Source: an uncultured delta proteobacterium
GTDB lineage: Bacteria; Myxococcota; Myxococcia; Myxococcales; Myxococcaceae
DNA length: 64,000 nt
Direction: 5' to 3'
Assembly (NCBI GenBank): GCA_963796055.1
Contig: CAWCKH010000004.1
Location: 2,656,001-2,720,000 of the forward strand
Below the pieces are notes generated by a model. The model saw only the letters and a list, made by a program, of their open reading frames with translations, did no database searches and had not been told where the DNA came from. Of the stretch, positions 1-11,083 are shown piece by piece. A program made the translations under genes and the position numbers. Within the stretch, counting starts at the first letter, position 1; every line of letters starts with the position of its first letter.

Positions 1-2
1 AC

Positions 3-3000
3 CCGGACTCCGCCGCCGAGGCGCTGGTGAAGGAGCACGCCGGGGCTCCGGTGATCCTGACCTTCCCGGTCCGGGTGCCCGACACCGAGACGTTCATCGG
101 CGTGCGGGCGCGGCTCCTCGGGGATGGGTTCCGACGGCTGCTCCTCGCTGGCGAGGTGCGCCCGCTGGAGGAGCTTCGCCCGGCGGAGGCGATGGGCGCC
201 GCGGGCCAGGCGGACGTGGTCGTCGATCGGCTCACCCTGTCGAGGAGCACCCGGGGGCGTCTCGCCGCCTCGCTCGAGCAGGCGTGGGCCGAGGGGCACG
301 GCGAGGCGCATCTCTGGAGCGCCGCGCAGCGGCGCGCGGTGAGGCAGGGACTGGTCTGCCCGGTCTGCGCGCGCGGCTTCGAGCCGGCCCGTCCCGGCCT
401 GTTCAGCTACCAGTCCCCGGTGGGGGCCTGTCCCGCCTGCCGCGGCTTCGGCCGTACCCTGGACATCGACTGGGCGAAGGTCATCCCCGACGTGGCGCTG
501 AGCATCGAGGGTGGAGCGCTGCGCCCCTGGAACGGGCGCTCGAGCGAGTGGGAGCGCGGGCAGCTGGTCCGGTTCGCGAAGTCGAACCGCATCCCGCTCG
601 ACGTGCCGTGGCGAGACCTCCGGCCCGAGCAGCGCGAGGCGGTGCTCGAGGGCGAGGGCGAGTACCGCGGCGGCCGGTATCCCGGGTTGCGGGCCTGGTT
701 TCGCTGGATGGAGTCGCGCACCTACAAGATGCACGTGCGCGTGCTTCTCAGCCGCTACCGCGCGTACACCGTGTGCACGACGTGCATGGGTGCCCGGCTC
801 AACCCCCACGCGCTCCGCTACCGCGTGGGCGGCCTCGACCTCGCCGCTTGGCACCGGCTGGAGGTGGCGGAGGCGCACCACCGCCTCGAGTCGCTGTCCA
901 CGCGCACCGGGCAAGGAGAGCTGGCCCGCCGCGAGCTGGTGAACCGGCTGGGATGGCTGGTCCGGGTGGGCCTCGGCTACCTCGGCCTCGACCGACAGAG
1001 CCGCACCCTCTCCGGAGGCGAGGCGCAGCGCGTCTCGCTCACCGCCGCGCTCGGTACCGGGCTCACCGGCGCGCTGTTCGTGCTCGACGAACCGACGGTC
1101 GGGCTGCACCCCTCGGACCTTCCCGCCGCTCACCACCGCGCTGGGGGAGCTCGCCCGGCGCGGCAACGCGGTGCTGGTCCTCGAGCACGACCCGGCGCTC
1201 GTCCGGGCCAGCGACCGGGTCCTGGAGCTCGGCCCCGGCGCGGGGCCCGAGGGCGGCCGGCTGTGCTTCGACGGGACGCCTGCCGCGCTCGAGCGTCGCA
1301 GCGACTTGGCCACCGGGCGGATCCTCGCCGGAATGCGCGCCCATCCCCGTTCGCGCCGCCCGCCCGCGGGATGGATCGACGTCCGCGGCGCCTCCGCCAA
1401 CAACCTGGCCGGGCTCGACGTCCGCCTTCCGCTCGGCGTCCTGGCGGCGGTCTGCGGACCGAGCGGCTCGGGAAAGAGCACGCTCGCCGAGGAGGTCGTC
1501 CACCGGAGCCTGGCCCGCGCGCTCGGGCAGGCCGACGTCGAGCCCCCGGGGAAAGTCCGCTCCGTGCGCGCGGGGCTGCCGCTCGCCCGGGTGGTCCTGG
1601 TCGATCAGGCGCCGCTCGGCCGCACCTCGCGCGGGAACGCGGCGACCTACACCAAGGCCTGGGACGCGTTCCGGAAGCGCTTCGCCGCCGAGCCAGACGC
1701 GGTGCTCCGCGGCTTCGGCCCCGCCCACTTCTCGTTCAACGTCGACGGCGGGCGCTGCGAGGCCTGCTCCGGGGAGGGGAGCGAGACGGTGGAGATGCAG
1801 TTCCTCGCCGACGTGGCGCTCACCTGCCCGAGCTGCCGGGGCCGGCGCTTCAAGCCCGAGGTGCTCGAGGTGCGGCTGAAGGGACATGCCGTCTCGGAGG
1901 TGCTGGCGATGACCGTCGACCAGGCCCTGTCGGCCTTCGGGGACGAGCGGGCCATCGTCGAAGCGCTGGGACCGCTGCACCAGCTCGGACTGGGGTACCT
2001 GCCCATCGGCCAGCCGCTGTCCACGCTCTCGGGCGGTGAGGCGCAGCGGGTGAAGCTCGCCCGCGCGCTCGGCGGTGCGCAGCAGGGCGTGCTCTACGTG
2101 CTCGACGAGCCCAGCGCCGGGCTCCACGGGGAGGACGTGGCGCGGGTGCTCGAGGCGCTGCACGGGCTGGTGGACGCCGGGGCGAGCGTGCTGGTCGTCG
2201 ACCACGACCTGGACCTCCTCCGCGCCTCCGACTGGCTGGTCGAGCTGGGCCCCGGCGGCGGGCGCGAAGGCGGACGGGTGGTGGTGGAAGGGCCGCCCGA
2301 GGATCGTGGCCCGGGGGACGACCCGGACCGGCGAGGCGCTCCGGGCGACCGGGTCGGCCCACGCACCGGCGGCGCTCCCCGGGCCCGGCGACGTCGCGCA
2401 CTGGCTAGAGGTGGAGCACGCCCGCGAGCACAACCTCGCCGACGTGAGCTGTCGCATCCCGCTCGGCAAGCTCGTCGTGCTGACCGGGCCCAGTGGCTCC
2501 GGCAAGTCGACGCTCGCCTTCGACGTGATCTTCGCCGAGGCGCAGCGCCGCTTCACCGAGACGCTGAGCCCGTACGCGCGCCAGTTCCTCCCCACCTTGC
2601 CCCGGCCGGACGTGGAGCGGATCCGCGGGCTGCCTCCAGCGGTCGCTCTCGAGCAGCGCACCGCGCGTGCCGGTGCCACCAGCACCGTCGCCACCGTGAC
2701 CGAGGTGGCCCACTACCTGCGGCTTCTCTTCGCCAAGCTGGGGACTCCTCACTGCCCCCATGACGACACCCCCATCGCCCCGCGCTCCATCGAGCAGCTC
2801 CTGGCCGAAGCCCGCGCCCTGCGGGGCACCGTCGAGCTCCTCGCGCCGGTGGTGCGGGCGCGGAAGGGCACCTACCTCGACGTCTTCACCGCCGCGGCCC
2901 GCGCCGGGGTGAAGGAGGCCCTCTGCGACGGCGAGCGGGTCTCTACCGACGCACCCCCGAAGCTGGCCAGGAGCCGGGAGCACACCATCGACCTGGTGGT

Positions 3001-4883
3001 CTGGACGGGACCTGCCCCGGAGATCCCCGAGGAGGCCTTTCGAGCGAGCGCTGCGCTGGGGCCAGGAGGCGGTGAAGGTGCTGCGCGCCGGACGCGAGAA
3101 GCTGCTCTCGTCCGAGCGCAGCTGCCCCCGGTGCGGCACCGCCGTCCCCGAGCTGGACCCGCGGTGGTTCTCCTTCAACACCGCGCAGGGGCGCTGCGAG
3201 CACTGCGAGGGCACCGGCCTGGAGGGCGCCGGGGTCGAGGGCGAGTCCACCGAGCCGTGCCATTCCTGTCTCGGGACGCGGCTCCAGCCGGTGCCGCGCG
3301 GGGTGCGCCTCTTCGGTCGCCGTTACCCCGAGGTGGTGCAGCAGCCGGTGGTGCGCGCCCTGGAGCAGGTCCGCCGCTGGTCGTTCTCCGGAGATGCGGC
3401 CCGCATCGGGGGGGCGGCGCTGGGTGAGCTGGTGCGCCGGCTGGAGTTCCTCGAGCGGGTGGGCCTGGGCTACCTGTCGCTCGACCGCGCCGCGGCCACG
3501 CTCAGCGGGGGAGAGATGCAGCGGCTCCGGCTCTCGGCCCAGGCCGGCGCGGGGCTCACCGGCGCGCTCTACGTCCTGGACGAGCCCACCATCGGGCTCC
3601 ACCCGCGCGACACCGCGCGGCTGCTGCAGAACCTGCGCGCGCTGGTCGACACCGGGAGCACGGTGCTGGTGGTGGAGCACGACCTGGACACGCTCCGCGC
3701 CGCCGACCACCTGGTCGACCTCGGCCCCGGGGGTGGCCGGCTCGGAGGCCGCATCGTGGCGTCCGGGACTCCCGCGGACGTCCTGGCCTCGGACGCGTCG
3801 CCGACGGCACGCGCGCTCCAGCTGCCGGTGCGTGGCCTCCGGCCGATCCGTCCGCCCGCCCGCGACTGGCTCCGCCTCGACGGAGCCCGGTGCCACAACC
3901 TGCGCGGGGTGGACCTCGCCCTTCCCCTCGGACGGATGACGGTGGTGGCCGGCGTGTCCGGATCGGGCAAGAGCACCCTGGTCCGACGGGTGCTGTTCCC
4001 CGCGGTACGCGAGGCGCTCGGCCGCACCACGCCACCTCCCGGTCCGTTCCGCCGGCTGTCCGGGCTGGGGGCGCTCCGCCGGGTGCTGGCGGTGGACCAG
4101 TCTCCCATCGGCCGGACGCCCCGCAGCGTTCCCGCCACCTTCCTCGGCATCTGGGACGAGCTGCGGCGGGTGTACGCCGGCACTCCCGAGGCGCGGGCCC
4201 GGGGCTACGGTCCGGCCCGCTTCTCCTTCAACTCGGCCGGTGGAGGACGCTGCCCGGCCTGCGCGGGGCAGGGGAGCATCAGCCACGAGATGTCGTTCCT
4301 CCCCGACGTCACCACGCCCTGCGAGGCCTGCGGCGGAGCGCGGTTCGAGCCGTCCACCCTGGAGGTGCGCTGGCGGGGACTCAACGTCGGCGAGACGCTG
4401 CGGCTCACCGTCGACGAGGCGCTGGAGGCGTTCTCCGCGCTGCCGCGGGTGGCGGGCCCGCTGCGCTGCCTGTCGGAGCTCGGCGTGGGCTACCTCCAGC
4501 TGGGCCAGGGGAGCCACACCCTCTCCGGGGGCGAGGCGCAGCGGCTGAAGCTCGCCGCCGAGCTCACTGCCACCGCCCGGCACGAGCCCACGCTCTACGT
4601 GCTGGACGAGCCCACCACCGGACTGCACCTCGCCGACGTGGCGAAGCTCCTCCGGGTGCTCGATCAGCTCGTCGCCCGGGGCGACACGCTGGTGGTCATC
4701 GAGCACCACCCGGTGGTCATCGCCGCGGCGGACCACGTGGTGGAGCTGGGCCCCGAGGGCGGCGAGGCCGGGGGACGCATCGTGGCCCAGGGCTCACCGC
4801 CTGAGGTGGCGCGGGCAGGCACCGCGACCGGGCCGGTCATCCGGGCAATCCTGGGAGACGAGCCGCGGCAGCGCGCTAGCTAG
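3..4883 (+). CDS. uvrA: Excinuclease ABC subunit A, double-length (two tandem UvrA modules); 5' end outside the window; three apparent +1 frameshifts
   Basis: Repeated UvrA motifs (LSGGEAQR/LSGGEMQR, LDEPT/S, GxSGSGKS, CxxC zinc fingers, FSFN) across ORFs 27-2039, 1171-2763, 2075-3427 and 3072-4883. Removing single bases near 1123, 2305 and 3039 joins them. The second module starts near 2400 (AREHNL...GPSGSGKSTLAFD...YARQFL). Confidence 0.93.
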
Positions 4884-4934
4884 GTCAGGGCGGCCGCAGT
4901 CAGCGATGCCCTACAGGCTCCTTGACCGCCGCGC

Positions 4935-5312
4935 CTAGCGGTGCCCCTTCTTGCTGGTGGTCTTCTTCGAGGAGGTGGTGGTCTTGGCGGGAGTGGGCGC
5001 CGGCTTCTTCTTCGGGTCCTCCACCTTCACTGGCTCGACCTTCCGCTCGGCGAGCAGCGCTTTCTCGCGCTCCAGGTCGCGGATCTTCAGCTCCAGCGCG
5101 GCCTGGGTCTTCGCCAGCTCCTTCACCTTGCCCTCGAGCGCGGCGGACCGCTCGCTCTCCTTGCGGAGCGCGACCTCGGCCTCGTCCTTGGCGCCCTTGA
5201 GGGTGCAGGAGCTCCAGCCGGCCACGACGATCGCCGCGACGAGGAGGATCCAGGGAAGCTTGGAAGGTCGAGAACGGCGCCACTCCGCCTCGAACTCGGC
5301 AGTTGTCGACAC
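4935..5312 (-). CDS. Hypothetical membrane-anchored coiled-coil protein with a Lys/Thr-rich tail
   Basis: 125-aa ORF with one hydrophobic segment (LPWILLVAAIVVAGW), a heptad-like helix and a KKTT-rich end; TAAGGT lies 9 nt before the GTG. Confidence 0.7.
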   Translation of the reverse strand: MSTTAEFEAEWRRSRPSKLPWILLVAAIVVAGWSSCTLKGAKDEAEVALRKESERSAALEGKVKELAKTQAALELKIRDLEREKALLAERKVEPVKVEDPKKKPAPTPAKTTTSSKKTTSKKGHR

Positions 5313-5363
5313 GGGGGCATCACCTTAGCAGGCCAGCCCCTCCGTGCTAGTTCCCGGGGCGCC

Positions 5364-6179
5364 ATGGCCACCCTCGCGCACACCGAGTTGACGCAGGGTC
5401 CGCGCACCCCGGAGCGCTGGGTGGTGTTCCTTCATGGGCTCCTCGGCCGGGGCGGAAACTGGCGCTCCTTCGGCAGGAGGTGGGTGGAGAAACACCCGAC
5501 CTGGGGTGCGGCGCTGGTGGATCTGCGTCTCCACGGCGACTCCCGCACGGGCTTTGCTCCGCCGCACACCGTTCGCGCCGCGGCCGACGACGTGCTCGCG
5601 CTCGTTCCCGCGCTCCCCGGTCCGGTGGAGGCCCTGGTGGGACACTCGCTCGGGGGAAAGGTGGTCCTGGCCATCCAGCGCGCGAGCGGTCAGCGTTTCC
5701 CGCGCGCGGTGGTGCTCGATGCCTCCCCCGCCGCGCGGCCCGACGGGCTGGGGTCCGAGCAGAGCCGGGACGTGCTCGCGCTCCTCGCGCGGCTCCCGCG
5801 CACGTATGCGACGCGCACCGACTTCGTGGCCGCGGTCGAGGCCGGCGGCCAGCCCCGGCCCATCGCCCAGTGGCTGGCGATGGCCCTCCAGCCCGGTGAG
5901 CGCGGTTTCGTGCTCCCTCTGGACCTGCCCGGGCTCGAGTCGCTCTTCCGGAGCGTCCTCTCCGAGGACGACTGGGACGTCGTCGACTCGGTTCCGCCGG
6001 GGCACCGGCTGGGGTTCGTGGTGGGTGGCCGCTCGGGGGTGGTCGAGGGCGCGGCGCGCGAGCGACTCGCGGCGCTCGCCCCCATCGTGACGCTGGAAGA
6101 GATCCCCGGCGCGGGCCACTGGCTTCACGTCGACGCTCCGGAAGAGACCTTCGCCGCCGTCGAGCGGGTGCTCCGTTAG
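5364..6179 (+). CDS. Alpha/beta-fold hydrolase (YbfF/ABHD11-like esterase)
   Basis: FLHGLLG, GHSLGG nucleophile elbow and AGHWLH catalytic His; start placed at ATG 5364. Confidence 0.88.
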   Translation: MATLAHTELTQGPRTPERWVVFLHGLLGRGGNWRSFGRRWVEKHPTWGAALVDLRLHGDSRTGFAPPHTVRAAADDVLALVPALPGPVEALVGHSLGGKVVLAIQRASGQRFPRAVVLDASPAARPDGLGSEQSRDVLALLARLPRTYATRTDFVAAVEAGGQPRPIAQWLAMALQPGERGFVLPLDLPGLESLFRSVLSEDDWDVVDSVPPGHRLGFVVGGRSGVVEGAARERLAALAPIVTLEEIPGAGHWLHVDAPEETFAAVERVLR

Positions 6180-6187
6180 CCCCGCGC

Positions 6188-7522
6188 TCAGCGCGGCGCC
6201 CAGCCGAAGAACAGGTGGCAGAGGCTGGTGGCCGCCACGTAGCCGGCGAGGTCCGCCGTCAGGCAGGCCAACAGGGTGTGGCGCAGGACCCGGACCTGCA
6301 CGCTGCCGAAGTACACCGCGAGGACGTAGAAGGTGGTCTCGGTCCCGGCATTGAGCAGGCACACCAGGTAGCCGATGAACGAGTCGGGGCCGTGCGTCTT
6401 CATCGTCTCGCTCATCACCCCCAGCGCCCCGCTGCCGGACAGTGGCTTGATCAGCGCCATCGGCAGCGCCTCGGCCGGGAAGCCGAGCCGCGAGGTCACC
6501 GGGGAGAGCACGCCGATCAGCGCGTCCATCGCCCCGGAGGAGCGAAACATCGCGATTCCCACCAGGATCGCCACCAGGAAGGGGATGATGACGATGGCGA
6601 TCTGGAAGCCCTCCTTCGCTCCGGCGATGAAGACCTCGTAGATCTTCACCCGTCGGGCGACCCCGAAGAGGACGATGGCCAGCATGATGGTGGGGAGGGT
6701 CCACTCGCTCATCAGCCTCCGGAGGAGCTCGAAGCCGGGGTGATCGGCACGCAGCCGCACCACCTCCCGGACGAGTGCGACCACGAACAGCGCCAGCAGA
6801 CCCAGGGCGAAGGCCCGCCAGCCGGGGCTCGCCGGGGCGTGGTCCACCGCCAGCTTCTCGGCGCTGGCCAGGGCCGCCGCGTCCGGACCCTTCGGTGCGG
6901 TTCCGGTCTCCCGCGGCGACTCGGCCGCGTAGCGCTCGGGGCGGAACCGCGGGCTGCGCTCGAGCAGCTTGGCGACGATCACCGCGGTGATCGCCGCCGA
7001 GAACGTGGAGAGGAAGGAGGGCAGGACGATGCCCGCCGGGTCCTTCGACCCGAGGGCTGCCCGGACCGCCACCGCTCCCAGGGGGAGGATGGCGACGCCC
7101 GCGGCGTTGATGGCCAGGAACAGCGCCATCGAGTTCGTCGCCACGCCCGGGTACCGGTTGAGGGTGTTGAGCTCGGTCATCGCCTTGAGCCCGAAGGGAG
7201 TGGCGGCGTTTCCGAGCCCGAGCATGTTCGCCGCGAGGTTGAGAATCATCGAGCCCATCGCGGGGTGATCCTCGGGGACCTCCGGGAACAGCCGGCGCAT
7301 GAGCGGTCGCAGCCCCCGGGCGATGGACCGCATCAGTCCACCCTCGCGAACGATGGCCATCATCCCCAGCCAGAGGGCCATCTGGCCGATGAGACCCAGG
7401 GCGAGATCCACCGAGGCCTTGGCCGCGGTGAGCGAGGCCTCGGTCACCTGGGGCATGGTGCCGCGAAAGGCTGCCGTGAGGACGGAGCCCGCGATGAGGA
7501 CGAAGAAGATGCCGTTGAGCAC
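6188..7522 (-). CDS. spmAB: Fused SpmA/SpmB (nucleoside-recognition Gate domain) membrane protein
   Basis: ANMLGLGNAATPFGLKAM (SpmA motif), then KPLSGSGA and TETTFYVLAVYFGSV (SpmB motifs). Confidence 0.88.
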   Translation of the reverse strand: MLNGIFFVLIAGSVLTAAFRGTMPQVTEASLTAAKASVDLALGLIGQMALWLGMMAIVREGGLMRSIARGLRPLMRRLFPEVPEDHPAMGSMILNLAANMLGLGNAATPFGLKAMTELNTLNRYPGVATNSMALFLAINAAGVAILPLGAVAVRAALGSKDPAGIVLPSFLSTFSAAITAVIVAKLLERSPRFRPERYAAESPRETGTAPKGPDAAALASAEKLAVDHAPASPGWRAFALGLLALFVVALVREVVRLRADHPGFELLRRLMSEWTLPTIMLAIVLFGVARRVKIYEVFIAGAKEGFQIAIVIIPFLVAILVGIAMFRSSGAMDALIGVLSPVTSRLGFPAEALPMALIKPLSGSGALGVMSETMKTHGPDSFIGYLVCLLNAGTETTFYVLAVYFGSVQVRVLRHTLLACLTADLAGYVAATSLCHLFFGWAPR

Positions 7523-7689
7523 GGGGTTTCAGCACCCTAGCAGCGGTCCCGGACGCGACCGACCCCTCGCCGGGTGCGCGGAATGCAGCGAGCCGGCCTG
7601 ATCCGGTCGTTGGACGGTGAACGGGCCGGTTTGCCGCCCCCGAGCCGCGCGCGCTAATCTTGCCCGGCCGTTTCCTCCGGGAGACAGCA

Positions 7690-9570
7690 ATGGCTCGCGA
7701 GGCCCCACCAGGAGAGGTGTGTCGCCAGGCGCCCATCCAGGGACGCACCGCGAGCGCCACGCCTGACGACGGGGTGGGAGGGCCGGTTCCGCGCCTTCCC
7801 CGTGGGGCCACCCTCGGCCGCTATGTCGTGCTGGACTGCCTGGGCAGCGGCGGCATGGGCGTCGTCTACCGAGCCCACGACTTCACACTCGACCGGCGCG
7901 TCTCGCTGAAGCTCCTCCGCGCCTCGGGGAAGGACCCGGAAACCCGGCGCGAGCGGCTGGTCTCCGAGGCGCAGGCGCTCGCCCGGGTGTCCCATCCCAA
8001 CGTGCTGGCGGTCCACGACGTCGGCACCTGGGAGGAGGAGGTCTACCTCGCGCTGGAGCACGTGGAGGGCGAAACGCTCCGGAGCTGGCTCGATCGCGCT
8101 CCCCGGAGCCCGGCGGAGATCCGGGGGATGTTCCTCCAGGCCGCACGCGGACTGCAGGCCATCCACGAGGCCGGGCTGGTGCACCGGGACGTGAAGCCCG
8201 AGAACCTCCTGCTGGGCCGCGACGGACGGGTCCGGGTGGCGGATCTCGGGCTGGCCATCACCGCCGGAAGCGCCGGGTCTGCGCCCGCCCGCGAGACGCT
8301 CCGCCCCGGCACGCCCGGGTACATGCCGCTGGAGCAGCACCGGGGCGAACCGCTCGATGCCCGCGCCGACCAGTTCAGCCTGGCGGTGGCGATCTACGAG
8401 GCCCTGGTGGGTCACCGGCCGTATGGAAGCCGGGGCGCCTCACGCGAGGCGCTCGAGGCGCGGCTGGCGCGTGGCCCGGGGGTGGAGGTGCCGCGGTCGT
8501 CCGCCATTCCGCCACGGCTCCGCCGGGCCCTCGCTGCCTCGCTGAACCCGGACCGCGCGCAGCGTCCGCCCTCGCTCGCGCCACTCATCGATGCGCTCGG
8601 CGCGCCCGGGGTGCAGGCCAGGGGCACGCTGGGTGGATTCGGCGCGGTCGCCGTCTCGCTGGGGCTGCTGCTCCTGGCGATGATCCGGGGAAGCGCCGCC
8701 CCGGTTGCCACCGCCGAGGCGGCGACCTGGCTTCCCCCGGCGTACGAGTTCCAGGCCGGGGGTGTGGAGCCAGCGCCGGAAATATTGCCAGGGCGCTCGG
8801 GCAACCCGCTGCCTGGTCCGAGCGGCGCCGGGGCCCGCGAGGGCAAGTCGCCCGGCCGGGGCGCGGAGTTCAGCCTGGCTGCACCGCGGGCGAGCTGGTC
8901 CGCGGCGCCGGTGCGCGGCCCGGAGGTGCTGACGATTGGCCGCCGTGCCGAGGAGCCCGGGGTCGCCGCCCCGCCGTCGCCTGCCTCGGGGCTCGACGTC
9001 GATCGCCTGGCGGAGCTCCGCGGACTGGTCCAGGCGTTGTACCGCGCGCTCACCGAGCCGCGGGAGGGCACCGCTGGCCCGCTCCTCGCGCTCTCGCCCA
9101 CTCCGGGGAGCGGGGCGAACGCTCCGTCCACCGGCGCGCCCGCCACCGGCACCGCTCCACTCCAGATCGCCTCCAGCGCTTCCGTGGGCGGCTCGGGGCC
9201 GGACTACTTGGATCCCTCGAGTCAGACCATCGCGGCGATCGAACGCCGCCTGAATCAGCAGGTCCGCAACAGACGGAGCCCGCCGGAGATCGCGGAGACG
9301 CGGTTCGTGCTCGCCCAGGCGATCTGGAACTCGAGTGACGCCGAGCCGGCACAAAACCGTGCGCTGAACCTGGCGCGCGAGAGCAAGGCGGCGCTCGATG
9401 CGCTGTCGGATCACGATACGACCGTGCTCGAGCTCCGGGAGGCCGTGAACGACTGGATCACGGACCGCGAAGGTCGGATCGACAAGCCCAGCCATTACAT
9501 CGGGACGCGGTTGAACGAGCTCAAGCTCGTGCCGGCGGAGGATGTCAAGCCCACCGATTTCGCTCCCTGA
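7690..9570 (+). CDS. Membrane-anchored Hanks-type Ser/Thr protein kinase
   Basis: [35 protein letters not shown]; a TM segment ([16 protein letters not shown]) followed by a Pro/Ala-rich C-terminal region. Confidence 0.9.
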   Translation: MAREAPPGEVCRQAPIQGRTASATPDDGVGGPVPRLPRGATLGRYVVLDCLGSGGMGVVYRAHDFTLDRRVSLKLLRASGKDPETRRERLVSEAQALARVSHPNVLAVHDVGTWEEEVYLALEHVEGETLRSWLDRAPRSPAEIRGMFLQAARGLQAIHEAGLVHRDVKPENLLLGRDGRVRVADLGLAITAGSAGSAPARETLRPGTPGYMPLEQHRGEPLDARADQFSLAVAIYEALVGHRPYGSRGASREALEARLARGPGVEVPRSSAIPPRLRRALAASLNPDRAQRPPSLAPLIDALGAPGVQARGTLGGFGAVAVSLGLLLLAMIRGSAAPVATAEAATWLPPAYEFQAGGVEPAPEILPGRSGNPLPGPSGAGAREGKSPGRGAEFSLAAPRASWSAAPVRGPEVLTIGRRAEEPGVAAPPSPASGLDVDRLAELRGLVQALYRALTEPREGTAGPLLALSPTPGSGANAPSTGAPATGTAPLQIASSASVGGSGPDYLDPSSQTIAAIERRLNQQVRNRRSPPEIAETRFVLAQAIWNSSDAEPAQNRALNLARESKAALDALSDHDTTVLELREAVNDWITDREGRIDKPSHYIGTRLNELKLVPAEDVKPTDFAP

Positions 9571-9571
9571 C

Positions 9572-10951
9572 GTGTCCCGCTCCAACGCCACGAGGTCCGA
9601 GACCGATGGCCGGCCGTCGTCTCGCCCTGCCCGGACCAGCCAGCTGGTGGTCGCGCTCTCCTGTGACCGGCCACTCGATGCGCCGCGCGCGGTCGAGCTG
9701 CCCCCAACCGCCGAGGTGTGGCTGGGCCGTGCCCCACCCGACGCGCCGTCCGGAGTGATCAGGCTCAGCTTCGCGGACGACCGGATGTCGGCGCTCCACG
9801 CACGGCTCCGGCGGGTCCTCGGGCGCTGGGTCATCGAGGACGCCGGGAGCAAGAACGGCCTGCGCGTCCAGGGGACGCAGCAGCGCCGCGCGGTCCTCAA
9901 CCCCGGGGACGTCATCGAGTGCGGCCAGACCTTCCTGGTCTTCGAGGAGCACGCAGCCGCCGACGAGCCCCCGCAGTCGCTTCCCGCCGGGGCCGCAGAG
10001 CTCGGCTGCCAGAGCTTCCAGCCGGACCTGCTCGCCGCCTGGTCGGCGCTGGCCCGGGTGGCGCCCACCCGGGTGCTGGTGATGCTGCAGGGCGAGACGG
10101 GCACCGGAAAGGAGCTCGCCGCGCGCGCTCTCCACGTCTGGTCCGGCCGCGCCGGGCCCTTCGTGGCGGTGAACTGCGGGGCGCTTCCGGAGCAGCTGGC
10201 CGAGAGCGAGCTCTTCGGCGTGCGGCGCGGCGCCTTCACCGGTGCGGTGGAGGATCGACCGGGCCTGATCCGCGCCTCGAGCGGCGGCACGCTGCTGCTG
10301 GACGAGGTGGGCGAGCTGCCGGCCGGTCTGCAAGTGAAGCTGCTCCGGGTGCTCCAGGAGAACGAGGTGCAGCCGCTGGGTGCGGCACAGCCGGTCCGGG
10401 TCGACCTGCGCGTCGTTACCGCCACGCACCGGGACCTCGCGGCGCTGGTGGAGGAGGGAACCTTCCGCGGGGACCTCTTCGCCCGGCTCACCGGGCTCGA
10501 GGTGGAGCTGCCGCCGCTCCGGGACCGGCGGGCCGACCTGGGCCTGCTGATCCCCACCTTGCTTCGACGCGCCGGGGCGGACCCCGGCGTGCGCTTCTCG
10601 CGCGAGGCGGGTCGGGCGCTGTTCCGCTGGAGCTGGCCGCACAACGTCCGCGAGCTGGAGAAGGCGCTGGCGCTGGCGGTGGCGCTGTCGGGACACGGAC
10701 GGATCGAGCTGGTCCATCTCCCCGAGCCGGTGCGCACCGCCCCCGAAGCCCGTGCGGATCCGATGGCCGGCCGCACGATGCGCCCGCTGAGCGAGGCGGA
10801 TGTCACCCGCCGGACCGAGCTCATCGAGCTGCTCCGCGCCCACCGCGGAAACGTGAGCGCGGTCGCGCGTCAGATGGGGGTGGCGCGGATGCAGATCCAG
10901 CGGTGGTGCCGGCGGTTCCACCTGGACCCGGCGAGCTTCCGCGCGGCCTGA
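9572..10951 (+). CDS. Sigma54-dependent enhancer-binding protein with N-terminal FHA domain and C-terminal Fis-type HTH
   Basis: FHA (WLGR...MSALHA...DAGSKNG), [34 protein letters not shown] and [14 protein letters not shown] 9572 follows the kinase stop; ATG 9542 is an alternative start. Confidence 0.93.
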   Translation: MSRSNATRSETDGRPSSRPARTSQLVVALSCDRPLDAPRAVELPPTAEVWLGRAPPDAPSGVIRLSFADDRMSALHARLRRVLGRWVIEDAGSKNGLRVQGTQQRRAVLNPGDVIECGQTFLVFEEHAAADEPPQSLPAGAAELGCQSFQPDLLAAWSALARVAPTRVLVMLQGETGTGKELAARALHVWSGRAGPFVAVNCGALPEQLAESELFGVRRGAFTGAVEDRPGLIRASSGGTLLLDEVGELPAGLQVKLLRVLQENEVQPLGAAQPVRVDLRVVTATHRDLAALVEEGTFRGDLFARLTGLEVELPPLRDRRADLGLLIPTLLRRAGADPGVRFSREAGRALFRWSWPHNVRELEKALALAVALSGHGRIELVHLPEPVRTAPEARADPMAGRTMRPLSEADVTRRTELIELLRAHRGNVSAVARQMGVARMQIQRWCRRFHLDPASFRAA

Positions 10952-10959
10952 CCCGAGGG

Positions 10960-11012
10960 GGTGCAACACCCGGCGGTGCAACACCTGCTCCAGGGTGCAA
11001 CGTGTTGCACCC
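10960..11012. promoter_or_regulatory. Array of GGTGCAAC boxes, putative enhancer (UAS) for the sigma54 activator
   Basis: GGTGCAACACC at 10960-10970 and 10975-10985, then the palindrome GGGTGCAAC-GT-GTTGCACCC at 10993-11012; 72-124 bp upstream of the predicted sigma54 start. Confidence 0.7.
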
Positions 11013-11056
11013 GGCCCCGCTGGTACCGTTGTCCCAGGCAAATCGCCGCCCCGGAC

Positions 11057-11073
11057 CCGGCATGCCGACTGCA
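11057..11073 (+). promoter_or_regulatory. Putative sigma54 (-24/-12) promoter
   Basis: CCGGCATGCCGACTGCA: GG (11059-11060), 10 nt, GC (11071-11072); resembles TGGCAC-N5-TTGC. Confidence 0.65.
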
Positions 11074-11083
11074 CTCGGCTGGG

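Noticed and set aside
1120..3045. Programmed ribosomal frameshifting in uvrA
   Set aside because: No canonical slippery heptamers, and similar single-base shifts occur in unrelated genes, pointing to sequencing error.
10960..11012. GGTGCAAC repeats as a mini-CRISPR array
   Set aside because: Repeats are only 9-11 bp with 2-7 bp gaps, one is inverted, and there are no cas genes.
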